Below are positions 49,460-59,238 of a stretch of 64,000 nucleotides of DNA, one piece after another (positions within the stretch are counted from its first letter, which is position 1; the number at the start of each line of letters is the position of its first letter). Source of the stretch: Desulfotomaculum sp. (GTDB taxonomy: Bacteria > Bacillota > Desulfotomaculia > Desulfotomaculales > Nap2-2B). The stretch spans positions 758 to 64,757 of the forward strand of contig DOTD01000017.1 in the NCBI GenBank assembly GCA_003513005.1, read 5' to 3'. Made by a program: the position numbers and the translations under genes. Under the pieces are notes generated by a model. The model did no database searches and was not told the origin of the DNA. It saw nothing but the letters and a program-made list of their open reading frames with translations.

Positions 49460-50383
49460 ATGAAAAACATCCTGATTATTGGAGGGAGCTACTTTATAGG
49501 AAGGGTATTTATCCTAATGCTATCGAGGCGAAAAGAATATACAATCCACGTCCTGAACCGGGGCAACAGGCCGCTAAGGATACAGGGTGTCGAAGAACAT
49601 ATCTGCGACAGGAATGAATCTGAGAGAATAAAAAAGGTTATCCCTCCCTTGGATTGGGATGCGGTGGTTGACTTCTGCGCTGATCTTCCTCACGAAATAA
49701 GCAGTATGATTAATGATTTGCCCGGCAAGATAAACCATTATATTTATTTCAGTACCTGTGCGGTTTATAAAACATCTCTAGATTACCCCAAATACGAAGA
49801 CTCACCCAAGCTTTCAGGATCTATTCCGGGCCCTTTTGGAGATTATGGCTATAAAAAGTATCTTGCAGAGCTTGAATTAGTTAAGAGTTGCGAGACTGAA
49901 AACATAAATTATACTGTATTAAGGCCTGCTTTCGTTTACGGGCCTTTTAATTATGCCCCGAGAGAATCATATTTTTTTGATCTTATCTTAAGCAACAAGG
50001 AAGTGCCGGCGCCGTCGAACTCAATTGCTCTTTTTCAGTTTGTTTATGTTACGGATATCGCCAACTTGTGCATTTCCTGTTTGGGCAACAGCACTGTCTA
50101 TGGAAATGCCTACAACTTATCCGCGGAGGAAATGATCTCATATCAAAAGTTAATCAATGTATTTGAAGAAATCAGCGGCGAAAGAATCCGAACCAGGGAA
50201 TACAGCTGTGAGGAAATTGAGCAAAAGAATATCCCTCTGCCCTTTCCATTAGAACAGCATGAACTCTATTCCGGCTCACTGATCACAAGGACTTTAAATT
50301 TTAAGTACACTCCCTTTGCAAAAGGCATGAAAGATACCTTTGAATTTTACAAGAAACACTCTTTTAAGAAGCAGCTAAAATAA
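49460..50383 (+). CDS. NAD-dependent epimerase/dehydratase family (SDR) protein
   Basis: IIGGSYFIG Rossmann start, YGYKK (YxxxK) and LRPAFVYGP motifs. Confidence 0.85.
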   Translation: MKNILIIGGSYFIGRVFILMLSRRKEYTIHVLNRGNRPLRIQGVEEHICDRNESERIKKVIPPLDWDAVVDFCADLPHEISSMINDLPGKINHYIYFSTCAVYKTSLDYPKYEDSPKLSGSIPGPFGDYGYKKYLAELELVKSCETENINYTVLRPAFVYGPFNYAPRESYFFDLILSNKEVPAPSNSIALFQFVYVTDIANLCISCLGNSTVYGNAYNLSAEEMISYQKLINVFEEISGERIRTREYSCEEIEQKNIPLPFPLEQHELYSGSLITRTLNFKYTPFAKGMKDTFEFYKKHSFKKQLK

Positions 50384-50576
50384 AGCTCCAAGAACACAAA
50401 TTCAAAAGGTGAAATAACCAGAGGGACGGTGATTTCATTTCAGCAAAAGTAGATATTTCATCAGCGGGGCGCACTCTATGAAAAATTTTCAACGCCCGTT
50501 AAATGCTGTTGTTTTTGCTGTTGTAATTTACGAATAATTAGCGCATAATAGTATCAACAAGGAAAGAGGTGATCTT

Positions 50577-50834
50577 ATGCCAAACATCAAGCCGGTTTCG
50601 GATTTGCGAAATTATAACGAGGTTTTGAGGGATGTTGCTGTGGGCGCGCCAGTCTTTTTGACGAAGAACGGCAGAGGACGTTATGCGCTTATTGATATTA
50701 CAGAGTACGAGAAAATACAGGCGACAATCAAGCTGATGGGCGAACTTGCCAAGGGCCGGAAATCAGGCGAGGAAAAGGGATGGGTTTCACGTGAAGCTGT
50801 GAGAGCACATTTCAAAGAGAAAACCAGTGAATAA
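50577..50834 (+). CDS. Type II antitoxin, Phd/YefM family
   Basis: IKPVSDLRN and PVFLTKNGRG motifs. Confidence 0.9.
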   Translation: MPNIKPVSDLRNYNEVLRDVAVGAPVFLTKNGRGRYALIDITEYEKIQATIKLMGELAKGRKSGEEKGWVSREAVRAHFKEKTSE

Positions 50835-51159
50835 GCTTCATTATTCTCCGGAGGCTTTAAGTGACCTTGACGAAATATGGGCATGTATTTTTGAAGAATT
50901 ACAAAATTCCACCGCTGCCCAAAACACGGTGGATGGCATATTGGATAATATAGAAAATTTGCGAAAGTTTTCAGAAATGGGGGCGCCTCTGTGCTCAGTC
51001 ATAGAGGTTGAAGGCGATTACCGTTTTCTTGTATGCGGAAACTACCTTGCCTTTTACCGCGTCAAGGGCGAGGAGGTCAACATAGACCGCATATTATACG
51101 GCAGACGCGATTATCTGCGTATCTTGTTCGCCAATTCATCGGAAGAAGCCATCAAGTAG
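50827..51159 (+). CDS. Type II toxin, RelE/ParE family
   Basis: YSPEA..DL..I, YRFLVCGNYLAFYR and RILYGRRDY motifs; overlaps the antitoxin. Confidence 0.9.
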   Translation: MNKLHYSPEALSDLDEIWACIFEELQNSTAAQNTVDGILDNIENLRKFSEMGAPLCSVIEVEGDYRFLVCGNYLAFYRVKGEEVNIDRILYGRRDYLRILFANSSEEAIK

Positions 51160-51230
51160 AAACTAACATTTAGACCTTGTGTTTTGGGCAGAATAATGCT
51201 ATAATTATGTACAATAGAGGAGGCGCAGTC

Positions 51231-51494
51231 ATGCCGCAGATCAGACCGATTACGGATTTGAGAAATACCAACGAAATTTCCGACATCTGCCACGCCAAGA
51301 AAGAGCCAATTTTCATTACAAAAAACGGCTATGGTGATCTGGTAGTTATGAGCATTGAAACTTACGAAGCCATGCTGGAAGAACGGGAACTTGACGCCGC
51401 CATCATGGAAGCCGAGGCCGAGTATGCATCTGGCAGCCAGTTGTTGGATGCGAGGAAAGCTCTCTCCACATTAAGGAGACGGCACTTTGGATAA
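51231..51494 (+). CDS. Second Phd/YefM antitoxin
   Basis: IRPITDLRN and PIFITKNGYGDLVVMS motifs; SD before ATG at 51231. Confidence 0.9.
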   Translation: MPQIRPITDLRNTNEISDICHAKKEPIFITKNGYGDLVVMSIETYEAMLEERELDAAIMEAEAEYASGSQLLDARKALSTLRRRHFG

Positions 51495-51559
51495 ATACGC
51501 CGGTGGCTAGGAAACAGGTCGTCATCGTGACGGTGCGGTATTCCAAAAGCCAATTCTGA
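51487..51559 (+). pseudogene. RelE/ParE toxin remnant with a large internal deletion
   Basis: Coupled TTG gives MDKYAGG*, then a shifted frame gives KQVVIVTVRYSKSQF*, resembling the two ends of a RelE/ParE toxin. Confidence 0.6.
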
Positions 51560-51591
51560 TAGGATCACATATTGAAAGAAAAGACAATCAT

Positions 51592-51631
51592 AAAAAATAA
51601 GACCAGGGTACATTGCCCCGGTTTATTTTTT
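51592..51631. terminator. Bidirectional terminator between the TA islet and tRNA-Pro
   Basis: A-tract, GACCAGGG...CCCCGG hairpin, T-tract. Confidence 0.6.
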
Positions 51632-51673
51632 AAAACGTTATATTGTCGTTATGGTGTAGAACCGCTATTTCCA

Positions 51674-51752
51674 TGGTCGGGGCGACAGGACTTGAACCTG
51701 CGGACCTCACGGTCCCGAACCGTGCGCTCTAGCCAAACTGAGCTACGCCCCG
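51674..51752 (-). tRNA. tRNA-Pro (anticodon CGG)
   Basis: CGGGGCG acceptor stem, CACGG-TT CGG GA-CCGTG anticodon arm, GGTTCAAGTCC T-loop, encoded CCA. Confidence 0.95.
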
Positions 51753-51858
51753 TTAAAAAGTCAACAATGTAATTTTCACACAAAACCCGGAAGAAGTCAA
51801 CGCCAATGTAAGTTGTGGTATAATAATACCAATCAGGAAACCGGCAGGGAGACTAAAT

Positions 51859-53637
51859 ATGCCATTCGACGGTTTTGTGCTTGCCGCAGTACGCCATGAA
51901 CTGGAAGATAAAATAATTGGGAGCAGGGTTGATCGGGTCTATCAGCCTTCCAAGGACACTGTAGCTTTAAATTTGCATCGCACAAAGGAAAAGATGCGTC
52001 TGTTGCTTTGCGCACATCCTTCTTTTGCGCGTATACACCTGTTTAAGCAGCCAAAGGAGAACCCGGCTTCCCCACCCTCTTTCTGCATGGTCCTTAGAAA
52101 GCATTTGGAAGGCGGCCGTATAAAGAGTATAATTCAACCCGGCCTGGAACGTATTATCTCTCTTGAAATAGAAGCGCAAAACGAAATAGGCCAGGCAGTG
52201 ACAAAACACCTGATCTGCGAAATTATGGGAAAACACAGCAATATTATTCTTGTCGATGTTCAAAGCAGAAAAATAACCGACGCCATTAAAAAATACTCCC
52301 ATGTATTAAGCCGGCACAGGGAAGTGCTGCCGGGGCGCATATACATACCACCACCGGCACAGGAAAAGCTGGACACGTTGAATATGACGGAGAAAGACCT
52401 GTTCGAATCTTTGATGAAAAGGCCTTTAGACGATCTCATAGTTAAATGCCTGCAAAACTGCCTGGAGGGATTCAGCACTCCTTTAGCCAAAGAAATACTT
52501 TACCGTACAGGGCTTCCTGCGGAACTTACTTTAAACGAGTGCGGAGAGTACGAGCTTAATAAAATATGGGCAGTTCTTCAGGAGATAATAATTCAGGCAA
52601 GACAGAATCTATTTCAACCGACACTTGTTTTAAACAGGCAGGGGGAACCGGTAGAATTCAGCGCGTTTGACCTGACTTGTTACGGAGATCAATTGAGAAA
52701 AAAAGGTTCGATGAACGATAACGTTGAACAGTTTTATAGCCTTAAGGAAGACGATTTGCGGCGCGGGAAGGAAAGAAGCTTTCTTCTTAAAACAGTGCTC
52801 AAACAGACCGTGAACCTTTCTAAGAAGCTGGAATTCCAGCGCGAATACCTGGGAAAGGAAGAAAAAACTGAGCAGCTGAGGATATCAGGGGAATTGATTA
52901 TGGCCAACATTCATCAAATAAGCAGAGGATCTGTAAGAGTTAGTCTTGATAACTTTTATGATGTGTCCGGTTCAAAAGCAGATATTAATCTAAATCCTGA
53001 ATTGGGACCCGTTGAAAATGCCCAGGCTTATTTTAAGAAATATGCCAAAGCCAAGAGAGCTTCCAAAACAGCCGCCAGGATAGAAGAACAAACCTTAAAA
53101 GAACTTAATTATCTTGCCTGCGTCGAAACAAACCTGAATATGGCATCCGTTGATCAGGAAATATCCGAAATAAAAGAAGAATTAAACAAGCAGGGGTATC
53201 TTAAAGATAATTCCGGTCCTCGTAAGGTGAAAACAGTTCATAAAACGCCTCAGCCGCTGGTTTTCAAATTATCCGAAGGCTTTACGGCGCTAGTCGGTAA
53301 GACCAACCGCCAAAATGATTACCTGGTCACACATCTGGCTAAGGATAATGATATCTGGCTTCATGTAAAGGATTATCCGGGAGCGCATGTAATAATCAAA
53401 ACGGAAAAGAGTTTGTCTGAAACACCTGCGGGTGTCTTACTGGAAGCTGCCTGCCTGGCGGCGCATTTCAGCAAGGCCAGACAGAATAAAAATGTTCCCG
53501 TGGATTATACATTTCGTAAGAATGTACATAAACCGCCTGGCGCAAAGCCGGGTTTTGTCACTTATACCGGCCAGCGAACGATAAATGCAAATCCTGATGA
53601 AGAGATGGTGCTTAAACTGGCCGGAAATAAATTGTAA
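51859..53637 (+). CDS. rqcH: NFACT/FbpA-family ribosome quality control factor (RqcH/Rqc2)
   Basis: MPFDG, F.MVLRKHL, EIMGKHSNIIL, GKTNRQND, WLHV...PGAHV and KPPGAKPG motifs. Confidence 0.9.
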   Translation: MPFDGFVLAAVRHELEDKIIGSRVDRVYQPSKDTVALNLHRTKEKMRLLLCAHPSFARIHLFKQPKENPASPPSFCMVLRKHLEGGRIKSIIQPGLERIISLEIEAQNEIGQAVTKHLICEIMGKHSNIILVDVQSRKITDAIKKYSHVLSRHREVLPGRIYIPPPAQEKLDTLNMTEKDLFESLMKRPLDDLIVKCLQNCLEGFSTPLAKEILYRTGLPAELTLNECGEYELNKIWAVLQEIIIQARQNLFQPTLVLNRQGEPVEFSAFDLTCYGDQLRKKGSMNDNVEQFYSLKEDDLRRGKERSFLLKTVLKQTVNLSKKLEFQREYLGKEEKTEQLRISGELIMANIHQISRGSVRVSLDNFYDVSGSKADINLNPELGPVENAQAYFKKYAKAKRASKTAARIEEQTLKELNYLACVETNLNMASVDQEISEIKEELNKQGYLKDNSGPRKVKTVHKTPQPLVFKLSEGFTALVGKTNRQNDYLVTHLAKDNDIWLHVKDYPGAHVIIKTEKSLSETPAGVLLEAACLAAHFSKARQNKNVPVDYTFRKNVHKPPGAKPGFVTYTGQRTINANPDEEMVLKLAGNKL

Positions 53638-53648
53638 AGGGGTACAAA

Positions 53649-54470
53649 GTGGAGGTTTTTGCGTTAACAGGCCCCAGCGGAACTGGAAAAAGCCACCGTG
53701 CAATAGCGCTTGCTCACGAGTTGGATGCAGATCTGATTATTGATGACGGCCTGGTCATCAAAGGAACTCAAATACTCGCGGGTTCATCCGCAAAAAAGCA
53801 GCCTACCCGGATAGGAGCCATAAAGACTGCGCTTTTTCTTGACAAAAACGAGGCGGAACTGGCCAGATCGGCAATTTTGAAATTTGTCCCTCAGAGAGTG
53901 CTGATTCTGGCAACATCCAAACGGATGGCTGAAAGAATAAGAAACAATCTCAGACTTGATTCTTTCAGCAGGATTATTTCTATAGAAGAAGTGGCGTCAC
54001 CCAAAGAAATCCGCAAAGCCAGGATGCTTCGCAAGCAGCACAGCAAACATGTTATTCCTGCTCCTACTGTGGAAGTTCAAAAATCTTTTCCGGATACATT
54101 AATTGATCCTTTACAGGTCTTTTTAAAGCGCAAAAGCACACCCGAGATAAAAAGCTGGTCGGAGCAATCAGTTGTGCGGCCTTCCTTTACAGGCTATGGT
54201 AAAATCTCTGTTTCCCACAGCGCTTTAATATCTATTATTACCAGGGCAGCCGAAGAAATTGACGGTGTTAAGAAAACAGGCAGAGTGCATATTACACGAT
54301 CGGAACAGGACGTTGTTCTGGATCTGTTTCCGACGATAATTCATGGCTATAACTTAAAAACTGTGAGCCACAAAGTGCAGTATGCGGTCAAGAAACGCGT
54401 TGAAGATATGACAGGTCTTACTGTTAAGGCAGTAAACGTTTTAGTTAAAGATTTGAGTTTAAAAGATTAA
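53649..54470 (+). CDS. Uncharacterised P-loop NTPase fused to a C-terminal Asp23/Gls24-like domain
   Basis: GPSGTGKS Walker A, IIDDG; C-terminal G.ISVS..A...I...A...V.GV...V...VE.MTGL.V..VNV pattern. Confidence 0.75.
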   Translation: MEVFALTGPSGTGKSHRAIALAHELDADLIIDDGLVIKGTQILAGSSAKKQPTRIGAIKTALFLDKNEAELARSAILKFVPQRVLILATSKRMAERIRNNLRLDSFSRIISIEEVASPKEIRKARMLRKQHSKHVIPAPTVEVQKSFPDTLIDPLQVFLKRKSTPEIKSWSEQSVVRPSFTGYGKISVSHSALISIITRAAEEIDGVKKTGRVHITRSEQDVVLDLFPTIIHGYNLKTVSHKVQYAVKKRVEDMTGLTVKAVNVLVKDLSLKD

Positions 54471-55067
54471 TTTATTTTGAATTATTTCCAGCAGTATCTT
54501 ATATGTACCGGCAAGAGCACGCGCCCGGTGGCTGATTTTATTTTTTACATCAGGTTCGAGTTCGGCAAAAGTCTTCTCAAATTCGGGTACATAAAAAAGA
54601 GGATCATAACCGAATCCTCCGGCGCCTTTTTGTTCAAAAGCGATTAACCCATGGCAGCTGCCTTCGGCGGTAAAAATCCTTCCGGATGGGGTGGCAATTG
54701 CCACAACACAAAAAAATCGCGCCTTACGTTGTTCCCAGGGTACGTTCTTCAATAATTTTAGAAGTTTCGTGTTGTTAGCAAGATCATCGCTTTTTTCGCC
54801 CGCGAAACGCGCTGAAAATATTCCCGGGGCGCCGTTCAAATAATCTACCTCTAATCCCGAATCGTCGCCCATTGCCAGGCAGCCGGTTGCCAGAGCGACA
54901 GTTTTAGCCTTCTTTAAGGCATTCTCAGTAAATGTAGATCCATCCTCAATGATCTCGGGCAATTCGGGATATAAAGACAGGGAAACCACCTCAAGATCAA
55001 GTGGGCTCAGCAAAGAAATTAGTTCTTTAGTTTTTCCCTGGTTGCGGGTTGCCAGAATTAGTTTCAT
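54459..55067 (-). CDS. rdgB: XTP/dITP diphosphatase (Ham1 family)
   Basis: ATRNQGK, E.GSTF.ENA, DDSGL, GFGYDP and SHRARA motifs. Confidence 0.95.
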   Translation of the reverse strand: MKLILATRNQGKTKELISLLSPLDLEVVSLSLYPELPEIIEDGSTFTENALKKAKTVALATGCLAMGDDSGLEVDYLNGAPGIFSARFAGEKSDDLANNTKLLKLLKNVPWEQRKARFFCVVAIATPSGRIFTAEGSCHGLIAFEQKGAGGFGYDPLFYVPEFEKTFAELEPDVKNKISHRARALAGTYKILLEIIQNKLIF

Positions 55068-55079
55068 ATCATTATCCTT

Positions 55080-55856
55080 TTAATATAAGAAGTAAGTGTC
55101 TCCTTCCTGCGCAAGAACTACCGGACGGCCATATCCTTCCTGGGCCTGGGAGCGTAGCTGCTCAAGATCATATTCAGGGTAAAAGTGAGTTATAATAAGT
55201 TCCTTGACTTTAGCCCGCGCAGCCAGTTCCCCGGCCTGCCGCGCAGTAAAATGCAGCTCTTTGAAAGCCTCCAGGTCTTTATCCAGTCCGCTTGCCTCAC
55301 AAAGGAAGATACCGGCTTTTTCAGCAAGCTCGGTTAACTCTTTGCCGGGTATTGCGTCCCCGGAATAAACCAGATAACCGGAGCCTTCTATTCCCAAGGC
55401 GTAGGCGCTCATGGTTGAATGATGCACTGGAAGAAAAGAAATATTCACTGCGCCGATCTTAGCCTGCCGCACACTGGCGCCGGAAGACAGCTTTTCAACC
55501 GGCAGGTCTTCAATAGGCGTTACCTCAAAGGCATCCGAGCAGGATTGAAGTTCCTTGAAAATATGGTGTGGTTCCGAGGGTAAAAACAGTTGTATGTGAT
55601 TCCTTCTCAGACCGTCTCTTAGAGCGCCTCTAGTGGCATGCCGCAGGCAGTGCAAATCAACGTAGTGATCGGGATGCAGGTGGGTTATGACAGCCGCCTT
55701 TATATCTGCATGATGTATGAAATGTCCTAAACGGCTGAATGCGCCATGTCCCAAATCAAGTAGAATGTTGGCGCCGCCGTCCTGCAGCAGGTAGCCGGAA
55801 CAGGCGCCGTCCACAGGTGCGTATGGAGCCCAACATCCGAGAACGGTTAAGCGCAT
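55080..55856 (-). CDS. MBL-fold hydrolase (RNase Z / YhfI-like)
   Basis: LTVLGC, CSGYL, THLHPDH, YSGD and THFYP motifs. Confidence 0.88.
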   Translation of the reverse strand: MRLTVLGCWAPYAPVDGACSGYLLQDGGANILLDLGHGAFSRLGHFIHHADIKAAVITHLHPDHYVDLHCLRHATRGALRDGLRRNHIQLFLPSEPHHIFKELQSCSDAFEVTPIEDLPVEKLSSGASVRQAKIGAVNISFLPVHHSTMSAYALGIEGSGYLVYSGDAIPGKELTELAEKAGIFLCEASGLDKDLEAFKELHFTARQAGELAARAKVKELIITHFYPEYDLEQLRSQAQEGYGRPVVLAQEGDTYFLY

Positions 55857-56054
55857 TTTTATATTTGCCTCCTTGAAAAAAATATGCATTGGGTATTATA
55901 TCACCCTGGAATTACAAAAGGCAACAATCTAATCTACACCCATTTACAACAACAACAACTCTGTTTAAAATAGAAAGAAACATGGCTTCAAATATAGAAT
56001 AAGCTAAAAAATAATATAATGATTCAAAAATGAGAAGGAGAGGCGGTTATCACA

Positions 56055-57359
56055 TTGGAAACAAATCTCCAGGAAAAAGAAGACCAGGCAGTTTTAAAAA
56101 CAGAGAAAGGCATTCCTCCTGCAAAAACACTTGATCAATACGCTGAAATTGTCGGCCCGCAAATCATAGAGGAACTAATCAAGCTGGGAAACGAAGTTAA
56201 AGGGCTGAAAGTACAGCAGATCAATTCGGCGCGGTTCGGCGGCGGCGTTGCTGAGATGCTGCATTCAATAATTCCCCTTGAACGTGTCCTGGGGCTTGAC
56301 ATGAACTGGGAAGTTATTACGGGAAATATAGATTTCTTTAACTATACGAAAACGATCCATAATTTTATCCAGGGCAAGATGGGAATTCCGGATCTTGTCG
56401 GAACGAAAGTATATTGGGATACAAACAAGGCCAACTTTAAATTAATTGACCAGGACGCGGATATAATCCTTATCCACGATCCACAACCGGCCGGAATGAT
56501 AAAATTCCTCGACACTGCAATAAGGAAAAAACAGAAATGGATCTGGCGGTGTCATATTCAGCTCCTGCCAAAAGATTTTTTTGTAACGGAGTTTTTAAGG
56601 ACCCTGATCGAGTCCTATGACGCAACAATCTTTTCTTCACCTCAGTTCCTTCCGCCGTGGAAAGTACCGTCAATTCTTATTCTGCCGTATATTGATCCCC
56701 TTTCAGACAAAAATAAAGAATTGACGAAACAAGAGATACAAGCTGTGCTTGATAAATTTAGAATCGAAGATCCGAAAAAGAAACCCCTCCTTACGCTGGT
56801 CTCCCGTTTTGATCCTTTTAAGGGACATCTGGCAGCCATAGAGGCTTTTAAAAAGATACGCAAAATAATTCCCTGTCAGCTGTTACTGGCGGGAGGAACA
56901 GCTTACGACGACCCCGAAAATATCAGGATCTTCGATGAATTAGCCGATAAGTCAAAAAACATACCGGATGTTATGCTGCTGAATCTCCCTCCGGACAGTC
57001 ATATAGAAATCAATGCCTTTCAGAGGGCGTCTACTATTATTCTGCAGCCCTCCGTCAAAGAAGGTTTCGGGCTTACGGTAAGTGAAGGAATGTGGAAGGA
57101 GAAACCGGTAATCGGCGGTAATACAGGAGGCATACCGGCACAGATTATAGACGGTTATAATGGCTTTTTGATAACTCCCGGTGAAAAGGGTATACCTGAA
57201 ATGATTGAAAGAATAATTTACCTCCTGGAGCATCCCATGTCTGCCAGAGAAATGGGAAAAAGAGGAAGAGAAGGCGTTAAAGAGCGTTTTCTAGTTACCC
57301 GGGGTATTTATGACGAGTTATGTCTGTTTAGAAACCTGATTTGCAATTTAGAAATATAG
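56055..57359 (+). CDS. GT4 glycosyltransferase, TreT-like trehalose synthase
   Basis: NSARFGGGVAEML, IHDPQP, WRCH, VSRFDPFKG and EGFGLTVSEGMWK motifs. Confidence 0.8.
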   Translation: METNLQEKEDQAVLKTEKGIPPAKTLDQYAEIVGPQIIEELIKLGNEVKGLKVQQINSARFGGGVAEMLHSIIPLERVLGLDMNWEVITGNIDFFNYTKTIHNFIQGKMGIPDLVGTKVYWDTNKANFKLIDQDADIILIHDPQPAGMIKFLDTAIRKKQKWIWRCHIQLLPKDFFVTEFLRTLIESYDATIFSSPQFLPPWKVPSILILPYIDPLSDKNKELTKQEIQAVLDKFRIEDPKKKPLLTLVSRFDPFKGHLAAIEAFKKIRKIIPCQLLLAGGTAYDDPENIRIFDELADKSKNIPDVMLLNLPPDSHIEINAFQRASTIILQPSVKEGFGLTVSEGMWKEKPVIGGNTGGIPAQIIDGYNGFLITPGEKGIPEMIERIIYLLEHPMSAREMGKRGREGVKERFLVTRGIYDELCLFRNLICNLEI

Positions 57360-57373
57360 GAGTGAGAACTATA

Positions 57374-58282
57374 ATGAGTGTTTTGTCAGCTATCGGCAAC
57401 ACCCCGCTTGTAGCTTTAAAAAACTTAAACAGCAATCCCCGAGTAAGAATTTTGGCCAAGCTTGAAGGTAATAATCCGGGTGGATCAGTTAAGGACAGGC
57501 CGGCTTACTACATGATTAAAAAAGCGGAAGAGTCGGGTGAATTAACACATGACAGGGTTATCTTGGAGCCTACCTCCGGCAATACAGGCATAGCGCTGGC
57601 AATGATCGGGGCGGCAAGGGGATACAAAGTAAAATTAATTATGCCTGAATGCGTCAGTATAGAAAGAAGGCATATCCTGGAGGCCCACGGTGCGGAAGCT
57701 ATCCTTACTAACGCATGTGAGGCGACAGACGGGGCCATCCGGAAAGCCCATGAAATCATGAAAAACGAACCGGAATTATACTACATGCCGAATCAATTTG
57801 TAAACGCAAATAACATTCTTGCTCATTACGAGACAACCGGACCGGAAATCTTCTCTCAGACAAATGGAGAAGTTGATGTATTTGTGGCTGGAATGGGGAC
57901 AACCGGTACACTGATGGGTATAAGCCAGTACCTAAAGGAAAAGAAACCCGGAGTAAAGATTGCCGGGATAGAACCGACAGTAGGGCATACGATACAAGGG
58001 CTTAAAAACATGACAGAATCTATTGTTCCTGCTATCTACGATCCTGCAATGCTGGACCAGATAATTGTCGTTGAAGATGAAGAAGCGTTCGAAACAACCA
58101 GAAGACTGGCTCTGGAAGAAGGTATTTTCGCAGGTATGTCCAGCGGCGCTGCTGTGGCGGGGGCGCGTCGCCTGGCGGCAGAAATGGATTCCGGGACAAT
58201 TGTCGCCCTGCTGCCTGACCGGGGTGACCGTTACCTCAGTACGGTTTTGTTTAGATCAGTCTGCGGTAAATGTCCCCCGTAA
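57374..58282 (+). CDS. Cysteine synthase (CysM/CysK family, PLP)
   Basis: GNTPLV, NPGGSVKDR, TSGNTG, GMGTTGT and GMSSGAA motifs; C-terminal CGKCPP. Confidence 0.92.
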   Translation: MSVLSAIGNTPLVALKNLNSNPRVRILAKLEGNNPGGSVKDRPAYYMIKKAEESGELTHDRVILEPTSGNTGIALAMIGAARGYKVKLIMPECVSIERRHILEAHGAEAILTNACEATDGAIRKAHEIMKNEPELYYMPNQFVNANNILAHYETTGPEIFSQTNGEVDVFVAGMGTTGTLMGISQYLKEKKPGVKIAGIEPTVGHTIQGLKNMTESIVPAIYDPAMLDQIIVVEDEEAFETTRRLALEEGIFAGMSSGAAVAGARRLAAEMDSGTIVALLPDRGDRYLSTVLFRSVCGKCPP

Positions 58283-58350
58283 AAACTGAAATTATTGTGA
58301 TATTGTTTTTCCGGAAAGACATTTGGAGGGTTATTTTCTCCTCCAAAATT

Positions 58351-59148
58351 TTATTTTATGGGTGGAATGTTGTCCGCAATTATATTAAAGAATGTATGTT
58401 TTTGTCCGGGCAGGGATTCCAGACATTCCAAAGCTTCTATTGAAGTTTCAAATCCGTCACTCCGGCTAAGTAATCTTTTTATAAGTGAAATAAATGAATC
58501 TGACAAATTAAGAACTTTCTCCCATGGCAACTCAAATTGTGTCTCATCCTCAACATGGTTTATAAAAAGATCTACTGCAACAACCCCTGCCCCGAACAAA
58601 TCGCTGCGGGGGCTGATTTCCCCGCGCAGCAGGGAGTATGTTTCATATCCGGGAATATTCTGCCCTTTCATTCTAACACTATGAAAAGGACGGACATATT
58701 TCAGCGCTTTTTCTGTAGAAGTGATTTCCACTGGGTCATGACAAAGAGGAAACTGAAGCGGATCAAGAAATCTTGCCAGACCAAAATCAACTAAATATAG
58801 TTTTCCCTTATTTAGCAAAAGATTTGACAAACGAATATCGCGATGGATAACTGCATTTTCTTTTACTAAAGGGCAATGCAGTTCAGTGAGAATAGCGAAA
58901 AGCTTTATTAATATGTCCCTGACTTCTTGTTCGCTAAAACGGCAGCCTGTATCAATAGAGTAACTTAAAGGCCACCCGGGTATATATTCCTGAACTATAC
59001 AGTATACATCCTCCAGGGAAAAGCTTTCAACAAACCTCGGCGTTCCTCTGCAGGTTATACGTTCCAGGATTTCTTTTTCCAAGTGAAAGTACGGCGGAAA
59101 ATCAGGACTCTCTTCAGCATTGTTAAACAAAGCCTTTAAAGCATACAA
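58351..59148 (-). CDS. Ser/Thr protein kinase (Hanks type); the true N-terminus extends upstream of the first canonical start
   Basis: IHRDIRLSN, DFG and DLFGAG motifs. The in-frame LGRGSYGAV glycine loop lies upstream of the TTG at 59148. Confidence 0.8.
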   Translation of the reverse strand: MYALKALFNNAEESPDFPPYFHLEKEILERITCRGTPRFVESFSLEDVYCIVQEYIPGWPLSYSIDTGCRFSEQEVRDILIKLFAILTELHCPLVKENAVIHRDIRLSNLLLNKGKLYLVDFGLARFLDPLQFPLCHDPVEITSTEKALKYVRPFHSVRMKGQNIPGYETYSLLRGEISPRSDLFGAGVVAVDLFINHVEDETQFELPWEKVLNLSDSFISLIKRLLSRSDGFETSIEALECLESLPGQKHTFFNIIADNIPPIK

Positions 59149-59238
59149 CCGGCCATTTTTCTCGACTTTTAGAACGGCTCCATAACTCCCTCGGCCAAGA
59201 TATGACTTAAAGCAATATCCGTGGTGAGAATGTTCCTT

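Noticed and set aside
50455-50480. att-like duplication of the tRNA-Pro 3' end bounding the TA islet
   Set aside because: Only a short CGGGGCG match, not distinguishable from chance.
51859-53637. Fibronectin-binding adhesin annotation
   Set aside because: No signal peptide. The NFACT family is now understood as a ribosome quality control factor.
56055-57359. TreT-like gene as part of a novel sugar cluster
   Set aside because: A single gene of a known family, with no linked transport or hydrolase genes.
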